Shown piece by piece: positions 40,501-52,700 of a stretch of 64,000 bases of DNA. Made by a program: the position numbers and the translations under genes. This DNA comes from Harriotta raleighana (lineage: Eukaryota). The stretch spans positions 8,276,012-8,340,011 of the forward strand of contig JBNZDD010013730.1 of assembly GCA_050575255.1 (NCBI GenBank), in the 5' to 3' direction. Position 1 is the first letter of the stretch; each line of letters opens with the position of its first letter. Below the pieces are notes generated by a model. That model was not told where the DNA came from and did no database searches. It worked only from the letters and a program-made list of their open reading frames with translations.

Positions 40501-41800
40501 TTGGATAATGTGAGGCCAACATTTTCTTCTCTTGAAGTTTTAAACAAGAATCCAGGTAGGAATCCTTGTACAGAATGTGAGATTAATACAGTTCTTTCCG
40601 GTGTTGCTTTCTGTAGCGTAAGTCTTTCGAACTGTATGAATCGAATAATCTGTGATTTGTTAGTTAGTGAGAACTGAGGCATGGTGATTTAACAAATAGT
40701 ATGATGACATGTGTTAGCATAACTCACAAATCTCGATGGACATAGGATCTTGTTATTTGTCAGAAACAAATTTAGAGAATTAATTGTGGATTAGTTTAAT
40801 AAGAAGACTTTTGCAGCATTTCGGTAACATAGTTTTGTTGAACTATGCCTGATACAGATGTGAAGTATGAGTGCACAATCACCAACACAGCACTTTCGTC
40901 TCATACTTAGATTATCTTGCCCATGTGATTAGAGTGCAACATAAATCTTTAATCAATTGGCAAGAAATAGAGGCATTTAGTGTAAACAGTGGTTTTGTTT
41001 ACAAGCCCTATTACTTTAGCTTTTAACCCAATTCCTTAACAAGAGTGGTTTAATAAAATACAGTACTGTGTATTATAAATATATACAGTATTTGGTACAA
41101 TTTGATAAAAGCATTGTGAAGCATTTTAAAGGAGTCATAGATATGGTACCCCTAGACTGACCACTTTTTTTATATAACGTTTGACCCTGCAAATTACATT
41201 GTTCATTCTCATAATATAAAGCACAGAAATCATTTCATATCACAGCTATGTCCGATTGCTAGATCTTTTATTAATGGAAGACTATATGGCAACATTATAT
41301 GCACAATATGTTTGCTTGAAAAAAAGTCATATTTTTCATTTCTGGTTTATTATTTGTTATTTTTAGTGATCAGCACAAGATAGATCCCAACCTACAGCAT
41401 TTTAACACATTATATTTTATTCTTACGAAATAAAATAACGGTATCAGCCTTTAGATAGTGTTGGGCTTACATGAAAATAAAAGGGTACTTCCTGCTCATT
41501 GTGTTCCCTCGACATCTGCGTGATTATCGAGGAAATATTTGACCTTACATCATAGTACATTCTTCTAATAGTTAGGCATTGGTTCTGCAGACAACTGTCA
41601 GAAGAGAAATGATATTGAATTATTGTTAAATAGAGACAATGATACTAAAGTAGTAGAAATTAGGTCATAATTACTACATTCACATTGCATTCATTCTCTG
41701 TTTACAGGAATCTTCCTTTTTTGCATTTAGAGTATTCTTCAAAGCATCCAATTTCGCTTTCAAATTATCCTTTGCGATGACTGATATAGTTATGCCAAGA

Positions 41801-41935
41801 ATCATAAGAACATAAGAATAAGGAGCAGGCGTAGGCCATTCGGCCCCTCGAGCCTGCCCCGCCATTCAATAAGATCATGGCTGATCTATTCTAACTCCAC
41901 CTATCTGCCTTATCCTTAAACCGTTTATCCTTAAT
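41801..41935 (-). mobile_element. CR1-clade LINE 3' end
   Basis: cataagaacataagaataaggagcaggcgtaggccattcggcccctcgagcctgccccgccattcaataagatcatggctgatct is the reverse complement of a CR1-type 3' terminus with an 8-nt terminal repeat. Confidence 0.75.
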
Positions 41936-42255
41936 CATCTTTTTAATTTTAAAAATACTTCTTTGGCTACAATCGCATCATTGACTTTTGGCAATGTGGC
42001 TGAGCATATTTGCATCATATTGCATCATATTTTAAAAAATATATATGACAATAAACTATGGAAATTGTAGCAAAAGTAAAACTTGTGTCATTGATCAAAT
42101 AAATACAGGTACAGTACTATGATTTCAAAAATGTATTCTGGACCTTTTGTCATATGGCTTGGGATATGAACTCTGGAGAGAAAAAAAATAGTAAGTTTGG
42201 AATTTCACATAATTATGAGTAAGAACAGGGCTCTAAAAACGATAAAAGCAAAATT

Positions 42256-42410
42256 TAATAATAATAATCCTTACATATCTTTTAGACATCTCAAAGCACT
42301 TCACAGAATATACTGTAAAGTGAATTGATTGTATATATCTGGATGAAACGCGGCTGCCAGTTGCGCACAGCAATGTGCCACAAACAGTCATGAATTCAGT
42401 GACCAAATTA
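42256..42410 (-). mobile_element. SINE 3' fragment, 57988 family
   Basis: tctcaaagcacttcacagaatatactgtaaagtgaattga...gaaacgcggctgccagttgcgcacagc. Confidence 0.7.
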
Positions 42411-45378
42411 TTATTTTATAGGGCGTAAAACATGTTTCCTGTTTTCCCTGAATTTAGTTGTTCTTTTGGACATAATTATTGAAAAATGATTTTGCAAGCA
42501 TGTTAGGCAACTAGATTAAAATTACCAGCACACCTTATGACTTCTATTAATGTGATAATCATCTTTATCTGACTGATGGATAACAGGATTTGACACAGCT
42601 TTAGTGTACAAAATGGAGTCTATTGAATAAAGGTTGGTACAGTTTTTCACCACAACAGTCACATGTTCACATGAACAGCAAGCCTGGAGCTTACAATTCA
42701 TTTGACTGAGTTAATACCATATTTTATTTAATCTGATCTTGGACGAGAAGCAATAGAAATCAATCCATTTAAAATAATCCTGGTACTCGTGATCCCAAGT
42801 GATGTTTCAGAAATGACTTTTCCATGTACATAAAATTTAGTCAGCTCATGTGTAGTATCAATTAAAATAACTTATTTTGTTATCAAAAGTGAAACTTTTA
42901 TCTGTTCAAGAGGATTAAGAGGGGTTCCATATGGTGTTTGCACACAGATTTAGCATACAGTGAATATTTGTAAAAATAGTATTTTTTGGCACATTGAAAA
43001 TATTGCTTGGCATTTCAGGATACCTCTACAGCAAAACAAAATTGGCCAATGTATTTAATTGTAAACATGACTGCAACAGTTCTGCACAGGATTTCATTCA
43101 CTATAGTAGATTTTTCAGGTGGTATCTCTGAGCAGCTTCACTGTGAAATTCTGCCACCAGAGTAAATTATGGATGCTACTGTATTAAGCAAAAGTGCAGC
43201 ATGAAAGGATAGCTCTTTGTATTCAGACAACCTAAAGCATTGTCAGATCGACTACATGCACAAGCCAAAAGTTCATAATTAAAATTCTGTTCAGCGTGGT
43301 ATAGTGTAGATTATTTTTATGAGGAATTCTATCATATTTCCAACAGCATGAAATAATGCATATGTAGTGACAATGCATAATAACCAGCACCCTAAAATCG
43401 GTGGAGCACAGTTAATATAGTAGGAAGCTTGTATTATTGATCACCCTTAATAAATGAAGAGATGCTATGAAACACAGGTTATACAAAGATAGTAAGTACC
43501 ACTAGAAATTATTCTCACAGCCTACTGTCTGACAAATAAAAGACAAATATAAATAATTATTATGATCAGCTGCTTGGTGTGTTTTTTTCTAGTTCAGAAA
43601 TTGCTTACTATTTGGCCCAGTTTTAATTTAATAAATACAAAATATAGTACAAATGCACAAAATTATTTTCTGGCTATTTTCAATGCACTTTAAAAAAAAG
43701 TTAGGATTCATTTTAAAAAATGTAAGGATGTTATCATGCCTCAGTTTTTCTAAAGATTAGACGCTATGTTGATGTAGAGTCTGCTGATTTTGTGAATGTC
43801 ATATTCATTCTTGTAACCTTTGACATTAAAAGGTTTTTTTTAATTATAGCTTCTCTATTACTCATTCCCACCCCTATAGTCTGCTAGTTTGCATTGTCTT
43901 AGATACGAAAGGCATGTTAGGTTTTAATAAAACTCATTTGTTTTGTTTTCACAGCTTTAGCATGCACTGTCTATGTTAAAAACATCTCTCTGGTCAAAGT
44001 AAACATTAACATTTTGCATTAGAAACAGCAGGGCTGTTGGCAACAGAGTGACTTAAATGGTCATGACAAGTTAAGTCAGGGTCGATTTATCAGGAATTTA
44101 CTGTAAATTCAAAGCATCCCAAAGATAGTTTTTTAAACTGCACCTCCCATTTCTCCACTCATCACCCCAAGGCATTCTAGGGGAGTTAATTTCCTGGGTA
44201 CCAGTAGCCCTCCTACACCTTTTCAATACAAACCATTTTTCAGGTTGGAACCTGGGGAGTGAGCACCAGCAGACTGTTTATCTGTGGAGCGAATGAGTCA
44301 AACCAATCCACAATTTCCACACAGCCACTTGGTGGTGGAGGTGAGGAGTGTGAGTTGCAGCCATTGAGCAGTGATCAGAATCAGAAACTCTCTCTTCAGT
44401 GTTTCGCCATCTATAGGTTGAGGGTGATCAATTTGGTGCCCCCAAATTAACTCTACAGGGACTTGGGTGTCAAGAGCTTAAAATCTTCTTGCTTGCTCTG
44501 TTTGGTTCAGTGCTGCATTCTTAGTTATTGGGGTAGTTCCCAAACATGAATATGTACCATATATATGTTTAACATTTAATCAATGTTTTTGATTTAGGTG
44601 GAGAAACCACTGTTGCCATGAGGAATTTTTTTTAAAAATTGAACTCTTAAATGGTTTAGTAAATTAAGTATACATTAAAGTTTTACACTGGTTAAGAAAA
44701 TGCTCAATTTTTATTCAAACAATGTAATCCTAAATTATATTGTGAAGCAGGATTACTTCATGCATTATTCATATTAAAAGAAAAATCCAAAGTATTAAAA
44801 TACTGAACATTTTGGAGTCTGCGAGATGAGAGTGGATGATCAGTTTATTTTATTAATAAAGATTAATGTTTCAGGTACAAACTTAAGAAATCTTTATTGC
44901 CCTTTCAAATGGAATGAATACATTTAAGTTGTAATTCTTGCCAATTTAATGTGCTTTTTTTAGATTAGTTGTTAAGCCTCTTAATTTCAAAGGAGCTTCT
45001 TGAGAACATTTTGGATGTAAATAATAGCCTTTCTTTGTAGAAAATATTTTTATTGCAAGTGTGGCACTTGAAATATAAAAATAGTTGATGCAAATCAAAT
45101 CAGTTTGGAAACTGGAAAAATCATGAAAATGTTGTAATTTCTTAAGATATTTAATGTAAAATTATATAGTTATTTACTGTGAAATTACTGTGGCTTCATC
45201 ATCCTTTTTTTAAAATTATAATGTATCTACTTTAGGAATATTCAGAATCCTCTTATTTGTAATTGTAATATTCATCTGATTTTTTCACATTTATAAATTA
45301 CCAGTTTGAACTATTTTTAGGTTAAAAACCTGTGGAAATGGAGCCACTTCAATCAGCAAGCCATGGGGCTAAACAGGA

Positions 45379-45477
45379 TGAAATTCCAGAATATTACATT
45401 TGCTGTTCTCTGCAGTGTATCTGTAAACTGATCAGATACACTGCAGAGAACAGCAAATGTAATATTCTGGAATTTCA
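45379..45477. repeat. Perfect inverted repeat, 45-bp arms with 9-nt loop
   Basis: 45379-45423 tgaaattccagaatattacatttgctgttctctgcagtgtatctg is the exact reverse complement of 45433-45477. Confidence 0.95.
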
Positions 45478-46610
45478 CCTTTAGAGGACTGCTGCAGCAG
45501 TTTTGGCACGGAAATGAAACACACACACACAAAAAAAACAAGCCAAATCTGTTGTGATTTATTCAGAACATTCCATGGGTTGGTAGAGATTTCTAATTCC
45601 CTTTTGTGATGTTCGGTATTAACAATTTACAGGCCATCAAAAACGTAAGTCTGTCTGGAAAATTGCAAAGTAGATAATTTGGCATAGTGACGTATGAAAA
45701 TCGTTTCCATTTTGATGTGGAACTTTAGCAACACATTTTATTTATAGGGAAGAGCTAAGGTGCTTGTACATAAGAATGAATGCACAGTAATAGTCTCTAT
45801 TCTGACTGACAATGTCTTTCTGTACAAAATATTACACGGTAAATAATCTGTGGCCCAAACTTTCACCTTAAACAATATCAGATAAAAAGGAATCAGTTGT
45901 TAAACCTGCATTTCCAAAAAAAAAATCCCAGCCACACTTGCAATAATTTAATTACAAATTCTGTAGCCCTGAATATGAATGAGGAGTACTTCTCTTTACA
46001 TATTTGTTGCCATGTACAATACTATTGTATTTCAAATTGGTGGTGATGTGAGGTTAAAATACCAGGAAAACCCATCATTGTTTGTGTGACATGCAATACT
46101 GTGTATTTATTACTTTTAAAGATTTTGCTAATAGTTTGGTCAATTAAATTTGACATTATAACCTGGATCTGAATTAGTATGAGTCAGATATTTTGCCCAA
46201 TTGTGTATTCTTTCAGTTTTCTTTTAACTGACATATAGGTGTAGGGAGGCAAGATGTGGTGTAGAGTGTAATGTCAGCTTGTCTGTAAATCAAAGCAGAA
46301 AATTCACAAATTACTTGAAAGGCAAATCTACTTTTCAAATATACACTTGCCAGCTGCATGAAGAAATCAATGCAGTTTAATTCAGTTCCATTGTTCCACG
46401 ACTGAGATCCATCCATTGTCATCTGCCTGATGCCAATGCAAGCAAATATGTCAAGCCACAAGTCTTAATGTTTTATATTCATTGCTAATGTGTTTGTACC
46501 TCCCTCCCATTCAGCCATTTCCTTTCCATACTTTATTAGTAAACGCATGCGATCTGCTCTAAATTTGCAATTGTATACATTCTGTATACATTTTTGTTCT
46601 TCCTTGCAAG

Positions 46611-46778
46611 ACTGCGAATGCTTCGGCCACTCGAAACGGTGCAGTTACATCGAACTGCTAACCACAGTCATTTGTGTGAGCTGTAAACACAACACTAGAG
46701 GCCATCACTGTCAGTTATGCAGGCTCGGCTACCACAGAAATGCTTCCGCAGAGCTGGACGATGAGAATGTTTGCATAG
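46611..46778 (+). CDS. NTNG1: Netrin-G exon, laminin EGF-like domain 2 (168 nt)
   Basis: Acceptor tttttgttcttccttgcaag|. Reads [56 protein letters not shown]. Donor G|GTCAGT; phase 1-1. Confidence 0.96.
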
Positions 46779-49700
46779 GTCAGTTCTTTTGTTATAATAT
46801 TGGCTATTACTTTGTTCCTTTGCACTTTTGATTCCACCAAAAAGAAAAAAAAACACCGCTAGGACTGAGCAAAAACGTTCACACTTTTATTTCCCTTTAA
46901 AAGAAGCTTGCAAGCAAAGCATTGTCTGTTTTTAAGGGTGAGTTGTCCTGAATTAGAAACCTGGCATGTGTCAAATTTATTGCACACTTAGTACTTATAT
47001 ATGCTGTAAATTAATCCTGATGTTGTACCAAAGTACAGTACCAATGAACACTATTTACCCAAAGATATACAGAAGATTGGAGATTCCAGCTTAAAAGGGA
47101 ATGAATTATTTTTGCTCATCCCTATCCCTAGCTAGGCTGCTTTCCATCCAGCTAGACAAGTTTGGCTAGACTTATACTAGCTATAGGTTAGCTGCTTGAA
47201 ATGTATCACTGCAGAACTCTACTTGCAGTTCAGAGCTTTCAGGCATCTTATTGCAGCTTGCTGATGTCAAATTCAAATCTCTGGGATGCAATGATTTAAA
47301 CTGCCAACTAACTACCTCTGTAGTCAATTAATTGAAATGTTGAAAATGCTGTTATATTAAATGTATATCCACACTTATAAAATTAGAACTACGATCTGTA
47401 TCCTTACTGTCAAAATGATTTTCCAAGGCGCAAATGCTTATACGAAAACCGCATAAAACGTAGGGGCTGTGAAGATAAGACATCAAACCCTCTGCCATTT
47501 GCAGATGCATTCGCGGACCATAGAAAGTTAGGAAAAACATACCAGAAAAGAATAGTTTCAAATTTACCAAAATGATACTTGAATAGGCAACAAGGTTCAG
47601 TCCGGTAATGTTCAACTGCTTATATGTTAAAGAGGAGATGTTTTGTTAAATCCCTTTGGATTAATTGTTATTGCATCATGTGGTAGGACAGCGTCCTCCA
47701 TTACCATTAAACATTAGTTTAATGGTAATGGAGGAAGAGTAAACTAGTTCACCACNAAATCCCTTTGGATTAATTGTTATTGCATCATGTGGTAGGACAG
47801 CGTCCTCCATTACCATTAAACATTGGTGAACTAGTTTACTCTTCCTCCATTACCGTTAAACTAATGTTTTAATCTGCTTCTGTGTGCAATTGAAGTCACT
47901 TTTTTTTTCTCTCTTTTTCTCCCGTTTAGCAATAAACAGTGGACTTGGAAAGTTATTTAATTCATTTGTCTTTCTGTGGAGTCAGGCAGCTAAACATTTA
48001 TACTGGCCCCTTTACTCACTTGCCAATAAGTAACAGTTGATCTGTGACAGCTTTTGAATTTAATACTTAAACTTCTCTTTTGGGATTATCAAAATGACTG
48101 TCAGCCACTTCTGAAGAGAGGCAAGAGTTAGTTTATATAACAGACATATGTGAATCCCGAGCTTAGTTTTGCCCAACTAAAATTTTATGATTTATTTTTT
48201 CCTTCTTTCCTATTCTATTCAGTCTTAATTGACCTGCATTTATAGACCTTGGCCCTTCATGCAGCATTCCCCATGAATCATAAAGTGAAAACAGAATCAC
48301 CTGGAATCCTTTTCATTGTTTTGTTACATCACGAAAGATCCTATATGCGTTTGCATATGGTTAACCTGACCTGCGAATTAGTCCCCCACAGTATGTTATT
48401 CTTTTAAAAAGATGTGTCCCATGCATCTGTTGTATAAGGGCAGAAAATGTATTTGGAATTCACAAAAGAGTTCCTCATGAAAGGAGCACACTGGTTGTTC
48501 TAATTGTGCATTTTCAGTTCAAAATATTACAGTGCATTCACCCTATCAGGTGTGCATTTTTCTCCATATGAGCCAATCGACTCCCATTCTCCTTCAAGGC
48601 TCCCGATCCCATTTGATATCATCTTCAATATTCCACCCTATCTAAGTCTCTGCATTTACTATTAGCGTTTCATTTTATTAGCATATTATAATAATATTTT
48701 CATGCATTTCTGTATTGACAAAAGTCAAATTCCTTCACACATTAGTATCAGTTTCATCACTTCCTCTGAAGAACATGGAGTCAGATTCTTGTTACTATCA
48801 GCATCAGCTATAGATTCAGCCTCAACACCTCTGCAAATTACATATTTTCAAAAATTCAGCTTCCTGAAAGAAGCATTTATCAAACTGTTCTTCTTTTGGG
48901 ATAAAAACATAAAATGCAATGATATAGGTTGCATTGAAAGCTATTCTCTGCTTCCGTGTACATGGTTGCATTGCGATGAAAATGATGTACAGGTGTTTCT
49001 GTCTTTTATTTCTCCTCGCTCTCACCTTGCTTTAAGAATCCAAAGCGTGCCTCGTAATCCTGAGGACGACTCATTCATTCTTGTCTCCAGTTCCGCTTAT
49101 TTACTGCAACTGGAGGAAGACACACATCAACATCAAGTGCTCACAGAGGCTCTACTTTAAAAGCTCTCTGGAGAGGTGAATGGCGCCTGAGCACCATTAA
49201 CAAACAACTTATCGGATGATTCTACCTATTAGTAGAGAGGTTTTCTCTCTTACTGCCATAGTTGACAGTAGATGCTGCTTCAGCTGACTCAGTGGAAGAA
49301 GCAATTATTCATGTTCCAATTACCTTCACAAGCTGCATTACCTGCTGAGGTTAACCTCCTCTTTCAATCTGCTGTGATGCATAGCGTCCACTGCAGAACG
49401 ACACTGCAAGAGTCATTTCATTTGATGATTTAACTAGCTAACTGCACAAACAAAGATTAAAATACTCTTGCTGAAGGGACTCTAGTCTGGCAGTTTAAAA
49501 AGATAACCTGCCTTCTGACTAAATAGTTCAATCTAACACCTGGAAGACTATCCATTTCAAATTTTAACTACAAATAATAATTTTAACAACAAATTGAGAA
49601 GGTCTCAATTAAAAGCTTCAACTTTTCAAAGGGTTTGAACTTTTCTTAGGGAACATCTGTCTAGCCTCTGCAGGAGACAGATAAGCTTCAATATACTAAC

Positions 49701-52700
49701 TCCACAGGTGGTGATGATGGGGTGGGGAATTAGCAGAACTCAGGAACGTGTACTAATTAGGCAAATCTGAATCTCACAAATGTCAGAGAAACCAAATCAT
49801 GTAATAATCAATAAAACTACTCTTTGCAATAATTCAATTTTAATTCAATTCTTAATTTTTAATTAAGTACTTTTGTCATTTAAAAGTTTGGGATGTCCTC
49901 TTGTCATGAAGGGTGGTTGTATAAAATTGAATACATTTAAACCATATTGTGAATTGTATTGTAATTCAGTATTTTACAATGGAAAAATATAGACAAGAGA
50001 ACCCTGGCATATATTTTAATTGGGTATGAAGGTGCTGATCTTACCAGTTTGAAAACAAAGGTCACTCATAATCCATGGTTTCACACACATTAAATTAATA
50101 GTCAAATAAACAGCTCCAAAATGGACCTTTAGAATCATTGCATCCCGTCTTCATGTTTCAGAAATTAGTTAATTCAGAGAATGTACTCTGTTTGTATTAT
50201 GACTGGCATACAAACACACTGGCATTCCGTCAGTCATGATCCATTATTGATTACTGTATGTTTTGTGCCATTCACCTTTGCAACAAGATGGTATCCAAGA
50301 GATCAGTTCTAACATTTGCTTTTCCCATATTGTCTGTAAGAATGTTCTTTGTAACATTCTTATTTCTGCAAACCTATCGCACCACTAAACAGTTTAATAT
50401 TACATTGAACTTGTTCTCTTTCATGTCATAGTATACTTGAAATGGACACAGATGAGGACAAACAATGTTTCATCAAAGAGTAATACTGTAATTGCACTTC
50501 CCATGTGTGTTCCACTGAAAATTGCATTCAAGTCTTGTGCAATGATATAGAGCCTATCTCTGACAACCCCTTGCACTTCAAGGGATTGTGAAATACCAGA
50601 TCTCATAAACTAGAGATTCCTAAAGAATTCTGTTTAAAAAGCCAGTAAAGCTTCGTCAGATATCGCCTGTATATCACAGTTGTACGTTTTAGTCGAGAGA
50701 AAAACATTTTAATCAGATTCCATTTTGTGATATTTCTCATTTCTTGTAAGAAATTGATTCTATGAATGAAGCTTTTGTTAACATAGTACAGAATACATTT
50801 CCCTTTCCATTCCCATGTGTGTGATTTGCTTGCTTAAATTGACTTGCTATCTCTTCTAAGAAATGTGCAGTACTATGGCATCTTGGCCCAGATGAAAGAA
50901 AATATTTCCAGCTATCAATTGGTGGGGGGGGTGGGGAGGGGATGGTAGAATTAAACTTTTTAGGTTTGTTCATTTTTGACCACATGACATAATTTTAACA
51001 AGTAACTTTTAATGTCATTTTCTGAACATGATTTAAATCAGTCGATAAAGTCATTTTACGGCAACATAATTCAGTTTCCACAAATTACATTTAAATCTAT
51101 TCATTGGGAGCTAGGTTTATTTTAATTTGCCAGGCTTAGCAGAGAATATTAAGTACATTGTTATACAAATATTTCATGTTTATTACTGTACAAGCCACCA
51201 TATATTGTTTTAAGCAATGTTGCTTTATTCATAACTATTATCATGACTGTACACTAAAACAGACCAATGCAAGTCAGGCATTCAAATGTGCAGTTGTTTT
51301 TCATCCACATACATAATGTGGATTTCTCTTTCAGTTATTTCTTATTTTGTGGGATTTTTTTTAGGTCGTCCTTCCAACATGTCTAATTATATTAACAGAT
51401 CTATTTACTAGACCTCAAATGAAAGTGGAGATCTATTAATGTGCAACCCTCACCCCCAAAATGCTGTAATTGGAACTCGGTAAATGTATTAACATAGACA
51501 CTGCAGCTTGAACATTCCTTCATTGTCCTTTTGTAATACATTATCGCTGTGCATATTCATGTTTTGCCAAGGACTGAAATATTAGGGGAAATGCTTGATA
51601 ACATAAATCTCATAAACAATGTAGGATTGGAGGTACAGCCAACAGAAGCCAACAGTTACACAAGAATATCAACTGGACCTCCTCACCAGGCCCAATCACC
51701 CACTTCAGTCCTAAGCAAGTTCTCAAATTTACCTCCAGTTACAAGTCCAAGACCTGTTGGCATCAACCAACTCTTGGTTACCATGGCCATAAATTCCAGT
51801 AGGTATATTTTTATGACCTCTTGGTTTGTATAGTTTCATACTGTGGCTTGGCCCACTCTTTCTTGAAGAATGTTGGAAAATTATTAAAAGATTGGGTTGG
51901 ATTTTAAAACCTTAATTTTACACTGGTCTAAACTAGAGACAGAGTAATTAACCTGAACTATTTATTTTGCAGTGTTAGATATATAGCAAGCATAGAAGCC
52001 CTTGCTTTTTTCACACGAGAAATAATGCCTTATATAATACAGTTAGACTCTGGAAACACTCAAATATTAAAATAAATAAGGATTCTATTTGCTATACGAA
52101 TGCATTTTTTTTAAGAAAAAGCTATATTTAAAATTCTACTTTCATTGATGTGAAAGGGCAGCATGTAGTATTTGATGTATATACCATATATTATAGTGAT
52201 ACAAGAAGGGATGTGCTGTTCCAATCAAAACAGTTTTATCGCAGCTTGTCAAACCTGCCAGGAGATTCCTCCATCTTACCTCAGTGCTGACTTACCTAAT
52301 GTCATTCATAGCCTGTTTCTGATGATGGCTAATACATAGATTCCTAAATGTTTACTGTTTGTAATTAAGTATTGTTCATTTTGAAATGTGCAATTATAAT
52401 GGGTTTTTTCCCATTTTAAGTGCCACATCACCAAAGTCACAAAGTGTTATCTATAACTTTATCTGCCCCGTCCTTGCTACTCACCTGGACTGATACCAAT
52501 AAAGTTCAGCTTTTGTTTGAACTGCCATATATAATTTAATGTCACAATCCCCCATCTCTTCCCCTAACTCTTCGATGCCTCTTGAGGAATCATGAATTGA
52601 ATTTTAAGAATGAATTAAACTGTCCAAGACTTTCTTTTCCTAAGTTCCATTGAGGGAGTTTAAGTGATCTGCCCTATTAGGAAAATGTCATTGTGCGTAC

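Noticed and set aside
46355-46968. (T)GCATG RBFOX motifs around the LE2 exon
   Set aside because: Too few to distinguish from background without conservation data.
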